Shown piece by piece: positions 1 through 10,950 of a stretch of DNA of 64,000 nt; within the stretch, counting starts at the first letter, position 1, and each line of letters opens with the position of its first letter. A program made the translations under genes and the position numbers. The stretch spans positions 731,980-795,979 of the forward strand of contig NW_015164680.1 in NCBI RefSeq assembly GCF_001447785.1. Direction: 5' to 3'. The notes under the pieces were generated by a model that searched no databases, was not told the origin of the DNA, and saw only the letters and a list, made by a program, of their open reading frames with translations. This DNA comes from Gekko japonicus (lineage: Eukaryota).

Positions 1-6
1 GAGAGA

Positions 7-83
7 GGAAGGAAGGAAGGAAGGAAGGAAGGAAGGAAGGAAGGAAGGAAGGAAGGAAGGAAGGAAGGAAGGAAGGAAGGAAG
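7..83 (+). repeat. (GGAA)n microsatellite
   Basis: About 19 perfect GGAA units. Confidence 0.98.
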
Positions 84-409
84 AGGTATGGTGGTGGATG
101 ATTATGCACTGGGGTTGCCAACCTCCAGGTAGTGCCTGGAGATCCCCCGGGATTACAACTGATCTCCAGGTGACAGGGATCAGTGCTCCTGGAGAAAATG
201 GATGCTTTGGAAGATGGACTGTATGGCATTATACCCGAGTGAAGTCCCTCCCCTCCCCTCATCCTTCCCTCCTCAGGTCCCACCCCCAAAATCTCCACAT
301 ATTTTCCAGCCCAGAGCTGGCAAGCCCATTATGCACCAGCTCAAAAAAGGAGAATAAAATAGCAGAGGAAGTTAACGCCTCAACATGGAATATATGATGT
401 TCCTCTTAC

Positions 410-521
410 TTTTTTCTCCTCCACGGTGGACCCCTCCGATCCCTCCCGTCGCAAACACAGGGATACCAGCTTTGTGTGCCACAAGCATAGTTCCTGCCAC
501 AGTAGTACCACCGGACAAGCC
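410..521 (-). CDS. PsuG-like gene coding exon 4 ([37 protein letters not shown])
   Basis: Acceptor ttctacgacag| at 522-523, donor A|GTAAGA at 408-409; 112 nt, phase 0 to 1; TTVA..TM and [10 protein letters not shown] motifs. Confidence 0.95.
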
Positions 522-3500
522 CTGTCGTAGAACAGCCGGTCAAAGTCCAGTTAGAATATAACCCAATCAGCAGTGCACAGAGCAGCAATTCACAGGGAAA
601 GGGAACTGAGGCAAGACAGCAAGGGTTGTGGTAATCTGATCCTGAAAACCCCCAGGCTGCCCTGGGTCAGGGTCTCCATCTCTGAGCACAGTGGGTTCCC
701 AGTAAGTGGGGATTTTTAACCCAGGTCAACCTGGGGATTTTTCTACTGATAAGCATATTGTCAAACAGACAAGTCAATCAATAACTAGTAGATGTTTGGA
801 TGTTGTATGGATGGATCAATATGTTTCTATGGCAGATCTAAAAGAAAGAAATATTGACATTCAATGGTTTCAGTCTACCCAGTGGAGACATTATATGGTT
901 GCAAATAAAGCCAAACAAAAATTAAGTAATAATTCAACAGAGAAAATGGGAAGAAAATGCTTCAGTGTGATATCTCTGAACAAGAATTTATTTATTTATT
1001 TATTTATTTATTCCATTTATACCCCGCCCTCCCCACGAACAGGCTCAGGGTTGCTTACATTAATCGGTACCCAGTACCATAAAACCATATACAAAAGTTA
1101 AAACATATTAAACATTTAAAACAATCAGGTAATCAAAGTGCTAGTGATAGTAATGGAGACTTATATTCACAACAGGTCCTGCTAAAGTAATACGAATTAA
1201 CGTGGTAGAGAATTTTTAGCAAATAATATATTTGTGACACTATACTCCCCACAAACTACATAAGATATTTGAGGGGAAGCAGTATAAACGTTGGAAATGT
1301 GGCCTTATTTCTGCAGATTTCAGCCACACATGGTTGTTTTGCCCTGTGAACAAAATTTGTTAGTGATCACAAAAACAGAGCGCAAAACTTCTTACAAATT
1401 ACCCGTGACTCCAACAGCTATACTGCTTGGTATAATTGGTGATCATATACTTGTTGTGAATAGAAGTATAATACAAGATCTGTTAATGGTTGCAAAATTG
1501 TTAATTGCAAAAAATAATAATAATGGAGAAATGTTAAATCCATGAATATTAAAATGTATATCCAAAAAGTATGGTATCTGGTAAAATAATTTAGATTAAC
1601 AGAGGTTGTATGTTTGAGGGCCAGAAGACAGAAAGATCCTTTCTTTTTTGAATGTTGACAAGCTTGTTAAAGCTACTGGTAGCAGATACTTGGGCTGACT
1701 ACTGGACTGATTTCACACAAGAGCTGCGCTGCGGTCACGCCTCCCTTTGTCCCGCTTCTATTGGTCAATTTCCCACTCTAAGCCATGCAGCCGCATTTTG
1801 AACTGCGGTTTCGCCCGATTTTCCCCGCGGTTTCATGATCCTCAAAAAAAAAACTTATCTGATGTAATGTAATGTATATTTTGTCTGTGTTATAATGCAA
1901 ACCTTTAAAATAACAACAACAAAATTGCTCATGGATCTTAGAATGTGAGTCCTAAAATCCTTATTTCCTACTTTAGCATTAGGGTTGCCAGTTCTAGGTT
2001 GAGAAATACCAGGAGATTTGGGGGGGGGGGAGTGGAGCCTGGGGAGTTTAGGACTGGGAGAAGGGAGGGACTTCAGCAGCTATAATCAGGGCTTTTTTGG
2101 TAGAAAAAGCACAGCAGGAACTCATTAGCATAACAGGCCACACCCAACAGCAGGAACTCATTAGCATATTAGGCCACACCCCTGACAGCAGCTCATTAGC
2201 ATATTATGCCACACCCCACATTACCAGAAGTCTGGTCATCCAGCCACACTCACCTTTTGCTTCTTATTCTGTTTACCTTGTTTGTTGTCAAAACCCAGGG
2301 CTTTTTTTTGTAGCAGGAACCCTTTGCATGTTAGGCCACACACCCCTAATGTAGCCAGTCCTAATGAGTTTCTGCTGTTGGGTGTGGCCTATTATGCTAA
2401 TATGTTCCTGCTGGGCGTGGCCAACTCGGGAGCCAGCCGGAACTCCGTTCCTGTGCGTTCCTGCCCAAAAATAGCCCTGGCTATAATGCCATAATGTTCA
2501 CCTTCCAAAGCAGCCATTTTCTCCAGGGGAACTGATCTTGGTCATCTGGAGATCAAATGTAAAAGCAGGAGACCTCCAGGTACCACCTGGAGGCTGACAA
2601 CCCTATTTAGCACCCAGCTGCCTAGAACAAAAGTTAGAATTTCTACCATAGTTGTGCACTTAAGCCCATGGCGATGAATAGGGCCAGGGCATCTCCCACC
2701 TCTTAGGCCTACCATGACAACATCAGACCGTCTCCGCTACTTGCTGCCGGGCAATGTTTGTAACCTGTGAGCTGTAAACATACCAATTGCACTTACACAG
2801 GAAGCCCTAATAACAACATTTTTAACTAGTTAGCCAGCTGGAAGGTACAGTTTCCCTAGAAGATGCTGAAGAGGCTATGCTGGAAGCACAAGCAGCCTGT
2901 ATTGCTCTGAGCTTCTTTGGATGTTGGGGCCTGCAGTGATTTGCCGCTGGAACTAATATTGCTGCCTGTGCCTGCTGCTGCACTAGTATCATTCACCTTC
3001 GGTCTACAAACGTGTAAATGTATTTATCTGTACAAAAAAAAGAGACTTCTATACTCTTTCCTTCAAAAGAGATGAAGTATGCAGGAATTTCAAAGAACGT
3101 TCGGTTATCTGAAGATATATTTAGGCCTCCCTTTGCTAGGCTTGCCATCTGCCCACACACAACAGGTAAACCCTTCTACCCTCAGCCTAAATCCCCTGTC
3201 CTTGAGAAATTGAGGAGGAGGAGAAAAAAATGGCCAGAGATTAGGCTCTCTAGTGACATTCCAGGCTAGGAATTTCCTCCACAGTATTTATGAAAGAGAT
3301 TAAGGGAAATTCCTAGAATGTCACCCAGAAGAGACATCATATCCTCTCCAAACTCAATCCACCCCAGGCACTGCCCTCAAAATCTCCCGGTGTTCATTGA
3401 GACAATGCTGGCAACCCTATGACCTTTTCAGGGGTGAGGCGCATCAGCCACAAGTTTTGGTAGGACCAAAAGAGATCAATGAGAGGTATCAGTACCTGGC

Positions 3501-6500
3501 TGAGAACATAGGGAAAGTCTCTGCGGGATACCTTCACTGCATTTTTTGTTTTTGCCAGACGCTCGAGTTCATCATTCTGGAGGCCTACATGGATACAGCC
3601 ATTCAAAATGCCTACAGTGGCTGGCACAGCACCATTTGTTCTTACGATTTCCTCTACCTCTCTGGCTGTGCTGGATCAATTCCGCAGAACACAATAAAAA
3701 ACAAGAGAAGAGAAAATATTTAAGCCTACCAAAATGAAACAGGAATCCTGCAGAACCTTAAAGATCCACAAAATTAATTACAGTGTAAACATGGCTAGCC
3801 ATCTAGAATTAAGATTCAGGTGGGCAGCCATGTTGGACTGAAGAATATAACAAAGTTTGACTCCAGCAGCATCTTTCAGACCAACACATTTCTGGGTAGA
3901 AGCTTTCATGGGCATGCACACTTCTTCCGTTGTGAAAGTGGTTATGTCTAGTTTGGTGTAGTGGTTAAGAGCGTGGACTCTAATTTGGGAGAACCAGGAT
4001 TGATTCCCCACTCCTCCACAAGCAGTGCTGGTATGACCTTGGGTCAGTCATAAATTCTGTCAGAGTTGTTCTCTCAAGGGCAGTTCTCGAGAGAGCCCTC
4101 TCAGCCTTACAGGGTGTCTGTTGTGGGGAGGGAAAGGGATTGTAAGCAGCTCTGAGACTCCTTCAGGTAGTGAAAGGCGGGGTATAGATCCAACCTCTTC
4201 TTCTATCCTTCTTATATCAACCTTCATCTGAAGAAGTGTGCATGCACATGAAAGCTCAGGGGTCGTTTCGTAGAAAAAGAGCTAGGGGAACTCATTAGCA
4301 TAACTCATTAGCATATGCCACATCCCCTGACATCACCGAAAGTGTGTCATAAGGCCACACCCCCTGACATCACCGGAGGTGTGTCATAAGGCCACACACC
4401 CCGCCCCCAACGGTCCCGGCCGCCGCCGGCAGCCTTGCAGCTCCACTGCCGAGCCCCATGAGGTGCCCGGCGAAGGCCCTCCCTGGCCCCAGGCAGGCAG
4501 GGGTGGGGAGAGGCAGGGAGGAAGCAACTTACCCTCCCTCTTCTCCTGCCTCCTCCTGGCTGAATGAGGGCCGGAAGCGGGGCGGCCGGAAGCAGGGGGC
4601 GGGGCTTCATCATGTGCCCCGCCCCCCATACCTCACCCGGGGGAACTGCGTTCCCCCGCGTTCCCCCCCGAAATGACCCCTGTGAAAGCTTATACCCATA
4701 AACTCTGTTGGTCTTAAAGGTACCACTGGACTCAAACTTGCATCTAGAATTAAGCTGATTCTATACTGAGATCTGTCCTCCATTGGCCTCCTTAACCCAG
4801 TGCTTTCATTTAATTTCTTTCAGCTATTATGAAGTTTTTGTCCAGAACCTTTTATCACCTACAATCTGATCTTTTTAAAAAAATACTGACCGTGGGGACC
4901 TTCTGTATGCAAAGCAGATGCTCTGCCAGTGAGCCACAACCCCTACTTATGGCTCTCCCTTTAAAAGTAAGGTTACACACCTGTGCCCATCAGTTGGTGG
5001 ACTACAACATCAGGTAATGGCTTAAATGCACAGAGCAGCTATCACAGGACAAATGTCGGCGACTATGATAATGCTTTATCTGACATCAGTTCAGAAACAA
5101 CATTTATCAGCCAAGGCAGCTCATAAATTCAGCTGCAAGTCACCAAGTGATAAGTCCGTCCTCAAGTAATGAAATGTCAGGTGTGCCAAAGGTATGCATG
5201 TATCAAAATTCAGTCTTTTGCGACAACGGAAAATGCATAGACTTCACAACCTCAGATTCTGGGGATATGGCATGCCGTGGGTAATTATCGTGCTTTCCAA
5301 GGCAACAACAGGCCTCCCATTGTCCAGAGCTTCCTTTACGAAAGGGTGAACTTTGAAGCCAACACCTAGAATAAAGAACAAAATACAGCTAGTACTTATA
5401 ACGAGAGACACTGACAAGGCAGTTCCTAGGCAGTGCTAAGTCCTTTCCAGTGCATTGAGGTAGACACAGGGGTCATTTCGGGGGGGAACGTGGGGGAACG
5501 CAGTTCCCCCGGGTGAGGTGCAGGGGGAAGCCCCGCCCCCTGCTTCCGGCCGCCCCGCTTCCAGCCCTCATTCAGCCAGGAGGAGGCAGGAGAAGAGGTA
5601 GGGTAAGTTGCTTCCTCCCCGCCTCTCCCCACCCCTGCCTGCCTGGGGCCAGGGAGGGCCTTGGCGGGGCTTCCTCGCACTCCCGCTGGCCTTGCAGGTC
5701 CACCGCCGGGCCCCTGATGTCAGGGGGTGTGGCTTATGCTAATGAGTTATGCTAATGAGTTCCCCTAGCTCTTTTTCTACGAAATGACCCCTGGGTAGAC
5801 ATAATCACTTCCACAACTTAAATGGAGGCCATCACCACCCAAAGTTCTGGGGTTTATATTTGGTAATTCTACCAAGGTTCACAGCAATTGATGTAATTGT
5901 TTTGACCAGAAATTGCCATTACTTTGGAATAGTGTGCTAATGGGCAGCCAGTGTGGTGTCAGAGTAGAATCTGAGAGACCCAATGGAAGTCAATCTTTCA
6001 ACTACTTAATCCTATACTTTTAGCATCATGGCATGGGGCAGGATAGGGGAACCGGGATGTCTGATACCAGGACATTTGCTTAACTCCCTACAAGATTGCT
6101 GCCTAAATAAATAAAATAAAAACAAGCATTTATATAACATTTTCTGTATTGAATGTTTCCCATGTATTTCCTTGTTGTAATAAGCCCTGTAAAACAGGCC
6201 AGTATTACAGATGGGAGGCAGAGGGCTATTTACAGTACAATCCTAGGCATGTCTACCCAGAAATAAATCCCTCTGGGGTCAAGGGTCAGTTGGAGGCCTC
6301 ACCACTTGTTTGCCGAGGGAGCAGTCCTAGGCAGGTTATTCAGTGGCACTTACTCCCAGGAAAGTGCCCTTACGGACTACAGCCTCTCAGTCACCATACT
6401 AGAGCTTCTAGGTTCAGCACTGAGAGATCAAGGGACATGCAGGGCTATTTTGGGGCAGGAACGCACAGGAACGGAGTTCCGGCTGGCTCCTGAGTTGGCC

Positions 6501-7018
6501 ACGCCCAGCAGGAACTCATTAACATAATAGGCCACACCCAATAGCAGAAACTCATTAGGATTGGCCACATTAGGGGTGTGTGGCCTAACATGCAAAGGAG
6601 TTCCTGCTACAAAAAAAGCCCTNNNNNNNNNNNNNNNNNNNNNNNNNNNNNNNNNNNNNNNNNNNNNNNNNNNNNNNNNNNNNNNNNNNNNNNNNNNNNN
6701 NNNNNNNNNNNNNNNNNNNNNNNNNNNNNNNNNNNNNNNNNNNNNNNNTGGCCTAATATGCTAATGAGTTCTGCTGTTGGGTGTGGCCTATTATGCTAAT
6801 GAGTTCCTGCTGGGCTTTTTCTACAAAAAGAGCCCTGGTTTCCCGGACATGCATGCATGGGTGAGTCAGCCACAGTGTCAATGGAGGGCAGGGGACCAAC
6901 AAAATGAGAGAAGAGACCTCTTGAGGAAACACTCACTGTGCAAACCTCTTCTTACTTGGAGGACACACTGAGCCATCCGAGTTGTGTGGGAACCCAAGAT
7001 ACAAACCGGCATTCCCAT
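410..7018 (-). CDS. Pseudouridine-5'-phosphate glycosidase (PsuG/YeiN/IndA family), N-terminal part of the probable bifunctional pseudouridine-metabolizing protein; spliced and 3'-incomplete (join 7018-6937, 5365-5251, 3670-3496, 521-410)
   Basis: Manual splicing gives [161 protein letters not shown]. It has the family motifs [36 protein letters not shown] and [12 protein letters not shown]. All introns are GT-AG with matching phases (1,2,0,1) and there are no stops. Confidence 0.93.
2087..2479 (+). mobile_element. hAT-type MITE (CAGGGCT TIR family)
   Basis: TIRs cagggcttttt / aaaaatagccctg; perfect 8-bp TSD gctataat; inserted in an AGGGTTGCC-family element (about 1980-2605). Confidence 0.85.
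3496..3670 (-). CDS. PsuG-like gene coding exon 3 ([20 protein letters not shown]...[13 protein letters not shown])
   Basis: Acceptor ttgatccag|, donor CAG|GTACTG; 175 nt, phase 2 to 0; partly visible in ORF 3394..3627(-). Confidence 0.95.
3946..4205 (+). mobile_element. tRNA-derived squamate SINE
   Basis: A-box tggtgtagtgg, B-box-like gattgattccc, (TTC)-type tail; related copies at 8073, 18652 and 34294. Confidence 0.75.
4257..4682 (+). mobile_element. hAT-type MITE (CAGGGGTC TIR family), copy 1
   Basis: TIRs caggggtcgtttcg / cgaaatgacccctg; perfect 8-bp TSD tgaaagct. Confidence 0.9.
5251..5365 (-). CDS. PsuG-like gene coding exon 2 ([37 protein letters not shown])
   Basis: Acceptor ttctttattctag|, donor AG|GTTGTG; 115 nt, phase 1 to 2. 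The ALEST glutamate corresponds to catalytic Glu31 of E. coli PsuG. Confidence 0.95.
5467..5793 (-). mobile_element. hAT-type MITE (CAGGGGTC TIR family), copy 2, inverted
   Basis: Same TIRs and body in reverse orientation; perfect 8-bp TSD ggtagaca. Confidence 0.9.
6440..6837 (-). mobile_element. hAT-type MITE, inverted copy of 2087-2479 (spans an assembly gap)
   Basis: Reverse-complement similarity to 2087-2479 with the same TIRs; TSD not clean. Confidence 0.75.
6937..7018 (-). CDS. PsuG-like gene probable first coding exon ([27 protein letters not shown]), presequence-like; the exon probably extends to an acceptor at 7069
   Basis: ATG in strong Kozak context (ggaaccATGG); consensus donor CA|GTGAGT in phase 1 matching the next exon; strong polypyrimidine acceptor cttttctgccctgcttctttcag| at 7070-7071, followed by an in-frame TGA upstream of the ATG. 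Confidence 0.7.
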
Positions 7019-7784
7019 GGTTCCTTGTCTGAATGTAGGGCCAGCCAGTGATCAGCAAGGCTATCAAAACTGAAAGAAGCAGGGCAGAAAAGGGCGGTCT
7101 TTTATCAGTTTCCAAAATCGTTAGACTGCAAGATGACCTACTGAGATGACTAAAGGTACACACAAAAGTATAAGATGGGAGTAACCACACCAGGATTGCA
7201 TGTAGATGAATAGATTGTATTTATTTAAATAAAATGACTCAATGTATATGGCGCTACAAAACCGTAAGGACACTGAGCCAGGTTGCCAACATCCCGGCCA
7301 GGTGGGACCTGGAGTTCTCCCAGAATCGCAGCTGACCCCCATACTACAGAGATCGCTTTCCTCCGGAGACATGGCAGTTTTGAAGGATGGACTCTACAGA
7401 ATCGTATCCCAGCTGATCTCCCTCTCGTTCCTAAACTCTGCCTTCCCCAAGTACCACCCTCAAGTCTCCAGGGATTTCCCAAACTGAAGTTGGCAACCCT
7501 ATGGGTAGAGCACGAGAACAAAAAAAAAACATTCAGAACAAATCACAGTCCAGGACACTAGTGGCAAAGCAACAATAAAACAGAAGCAGTTACAGATTTA
7601 AAGCAGCCTCATTTAGCAGCCAATAAAAATAAATGTAGCAGCAGTAAAATCCACAGAAAGAAGCAATTAAAATAAGAAAACCAGCTGCAGCCATAGTAAA
7701 ACTAACCACACTCAAAATTCACAGCTCTCAATTTCTTTTCAATAGCTTCTGAAGATTATCTTCTTTTTAAAAAACTTTTTAGAC

Positions 7785-8046
7785 CGGGGGTTCCCCACCT
7801 TGGTGCCCGTGGGCATCATGGCACCTATTGACACTTCTGATGGCAAAAAAAATGGCTTTGACAGTAGTTGCCACCACAGCACAAGGACCTTCACTATGTG
7901 ACTGACAATAAGCCGTGGCAGCCATTTTGTTGCTGGCCCCGCCTCTTGCATCCGCCATTTTATAGCAGCCATTTTGTGGCTGCACCCACCAAACTGCATC
8001 AGAATTCCAAAGATGCCCACAGGCTCAAAATGGTTGTGGACCCCTG
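7785..8046. mobile_element. hAT/Charlie-like MITE
   Basis: Imperfect TIRs cgggggttccc / ggacccctg; perfect 8-bp TSD ttttagac. Confidence 0.75.
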
Positions 8047-8072
8047 TTTTAGACTAATTAATTTTAATTGTA

Positions 8073-8572
8073 TGCCAGTTTGGTGTAGTGGTTAAGTGCG
8101 TAAACTCTAATCTGGGAGAACCGGGTTTGATTACCCACTCGCACCTGGCTGGATGACCTTGGGCACGCCGTAGTTCTTATAAGAGCTGTTTTTGAAAAAG
8201 AGTTGTGAAGAGCTCTCTCAGCCCCACCCACCTCACAGGGTGTCTGTTGTGGGGAGGGGAAGGGAAAGGAGTTTGTAAGCCGCTCTGAGACACCTTTGGG
8301 TAGTGAAGGGTGGGGTATAAATCCAATCTCCTCATCTTCTTCTTTAACCTCACAGGTTGTCTGTTGTGGGGAAGGGAAAGGAGTTTGTAAGCCGCTCTGA
8401 GACACCTTTGGGTAGTGAAGGGTGGGGTATGAATCCAATTTCCTCTTTTTCTTCTTTAACCTCAGAGGTTGTCTGTTGTGGGGAGGGGAAGGGAAAGGAG
8501 TTTGTAAGCCGCTCTGAGACACCTTTGGGTAGTGAAGGGCGGGGTATAAATCCAATATCTTCTCTTCTTCTT
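8073..8572 (+). mobile_element. tRNA-derived SINE with tandemly triplicated 3' end
   Basis: SINE head followed by three copies (about 110 bp each) of cctcacagg...ggtataaatccaat(tct)n. Confidence 0.85.
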
Positions 8573-8743
8573 GTTCCTGTGTTGTATACCACCTCAGGAA
8601 AACTCGTGGTGAGATGGCAGAAATAATGTAAATCCAAACCCAGGTGAATAAAAATATTTTTATCTGATACTGGAAATTTAATATACAACAGGTGTTCAGT
8701 GACATTCCACAAACTGGTTACTGGCACAGAAAAGCCCCCATTT

Positions 8744-8960
8744 AAGGGTTGCCAGTCTCCAGGTGGGGCCTGGAGATATCCCGCTTTTACAACTGATCTC
8801 CAGCTGACAGAGATCAGCTCCCCTGGAGGAAATGGCTGCTTTGAAGGGTGGACTCTACGGCATTGTACCCTGCTGAGGCCCCTCCCCTCCCCAAACCCCA
8901 CCCTCTTCTGGATCCACCCCCATAGTCTCCAGGTATTTTCCAACCCAGACCTGGCAACTC
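8744..8960. mobile_element. Abundant AGGGTTGCC-terminated non-autonomous element (representative copy)
   Basis: agggttgcca ... tggcaac(c/t)ct inverted ends; related copies at about 111-326, 1980-2605, 3137-3418, 7280-7500, 21400-22178, 60331-60495 and 60800-60920. Confidence 0.7.
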
Positions 8961-9810
8961 TACCCCTATTCTACTTCACTATGTGACTTGCCTTGGTAAA
9001 AAGGAATCTGCTTAACAGGACCTCTGCTAGAGATTTCAGTCTCAATCTGATGCTGATTTTAAGTTGTGTGTTGAACATCAAATACATGAAATGTAATCTG
9101 CAAAGAAGATAAAGATAAAACGATAGCTATAAATAGATTTAACAGCAGCCATGATTCCATTTTATTTTGTCTCAGGTGGTGGCCCTACCAAAATTTAATC
9201 TAGATATGATGAAAAGGTGGCACACAGTTTTACATGCAAAAAATAAGTATTTTTATGCAATGCCATGAGTTATCATTTCCTTGATAAACTGTTAAATTTA
9301 TAATTTATATAATTGTTTAATTGTGATAGATGGTGGCATCTTGATTAGGGAGCCTGACTACTCATCATGAGAAGGTTTGAGAGGTAAAATAAATCTCCAG
9401 TTCCCAGGACACTATCATGAGAATAGAATTACCTCCTGAGGACACAGAAAGAAGCCAATATAATTTATATTTCCCATAAAGCATCCCGATAATTGTCACA
9501 GTCCTATATGCATAAGTCAGTATTATACCTTTGGGTTGGGTTTTTTTTTAAGTTTAGGGAAAATGCTTGCTGAAAGCCCATTAGTGAGTTATAACTGAGG
9601 TGAGATTTGAACAGAGGATTGGACAATTCATAATCTGGCCTACTAAATCAGCTCTCTATTGCAATATGACACAGGTGGTAATATATAAATAAGTTTGAAA
9701 CCCTCAGGATATCAGGCCTTTGGGAATAACTAGAAATGTCTGTCACAATGGTGTAGCATTCACATTTAATCTTTATGGAGTTAGGGTTCTGTTAGGCAAA
9801 TCTCCCACAA

Positions 9811-10001
9811 AATGAGTTAGTGTGAGCTAGCTCACAGTTTTTTAGCCTCCGGCTCACACATTTTTGTCTCAGCTCAGGAAGGATGGCTCCAGAACACACT
9901 AATTTATGCAGTAGCCAAATCACCTGCTCACAACTTTAATGCCGGTAGCTCACAAAGTAGAATTTTTGCTCACAGGACTCCACAGCTTAGAGGGAACACA
10001 G
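9811..10001 (+). mobile_element. About 205-bp hAT MITE, same family, left TIR lost
   Basis: Body matches 19065-19270. Confidence 0.8.
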
Positions 10002-10950
10002 GTCACAGCAGAGTCAACATGTGAGAATGTGTGTCCTGAATCCCAAGTGGTATGGATCTTTTACTAGATGCAGTCACGTCAGGTCTCAAGGAATTAAACA
10101 AATTTTCAAATGTTGTTGTGTGGACCCTTAAAATATTAAAGTACTACAGAGACTGGTCATGCCTGTTAAGAGATAGACTTAATCAATTAAGAAAAATCTG
10201 AAAATGTGTTTCTAAAAAGTTGCCAAATTGCACATTAGGGCTGCTTCCATACAGCAGCAGTTTTCTGTGCAATTCTCATCACTGCTGAGAAGCAAAGGAA
10301 TTCACAGGGTGTGATCACACTGGAGGCTTGGCGTGATATGGCGCTGCCTCTAACTGTACTGGTTTAAAATGTTGTGGGGCATACCATCCAGACAGCACAA
10401 CCTGCTGCGGGTTACCCACTCGGCCGTCCCCTGATCAAGCATCTACATTATTGCAGCACCTCAGCCATGGAGCATACTGCCTGATCATTTTTAAAATGCA
10501 TGCATGCATATGCACTCATGCACGTGCACATGCACACATGTGTTCATGCGCATATAGGCAAAACCTAAAAAAACCCACCCCAGCGGCAGAAGCAGATCTG
10601 CAGGTTCAGCTCACCAATCTGTTTTGCGCACGTTCCCCCGTGTTCAGACATCTGGCCATCCACAATGAATGTGTGGGGAACTAAAAACACCACTTGTAAT
10701 GTGGTGCCTTTTTCACCCAGCTCCTACGATGGGGTCAGTATGCCTGGGCAACGCCTTACAGATGTGGCTGTGTGACTGTGCCCATTTAATCCAGAGGGGA
10801 GGAGTGGCTATGTCGGGCCAAACTTCTTCTGTGATCACACCCACGGTGGCAGCCGAGTGCTCCCACAGCAATTTCCCCCACACTTTCCTTGCTTGGGCGG
10901 GCCCTTGTGGCCACCATTCCCCTCCACACCAGATAGAATTTCCCTCGAAT

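Larger units (their letters stand above)
3814..4740. mobile_element. Fold-back Penelope-type short element carrying a nested SINE and a nested hAT MITE
   Basis: Flanked by the 14-bp direct repeat catctagaattaag (3800-3813, 4741-4754); two inverted arms; hammerhead-like CTGAAGA...GAAA core. Confidence 0.65.

Noticed and set aside
3397-3723. 108-aa plus-strand ORF
   Set aside because: It is the antisense shadow of the real minus-strand glycosidase exon; no recognisable motifs.
8064-8943. 213-aa and 197-aa ORFs with internal repeats
   Set aside because: They are translations of the triplicated SINE tail and a neighbouring MITE.
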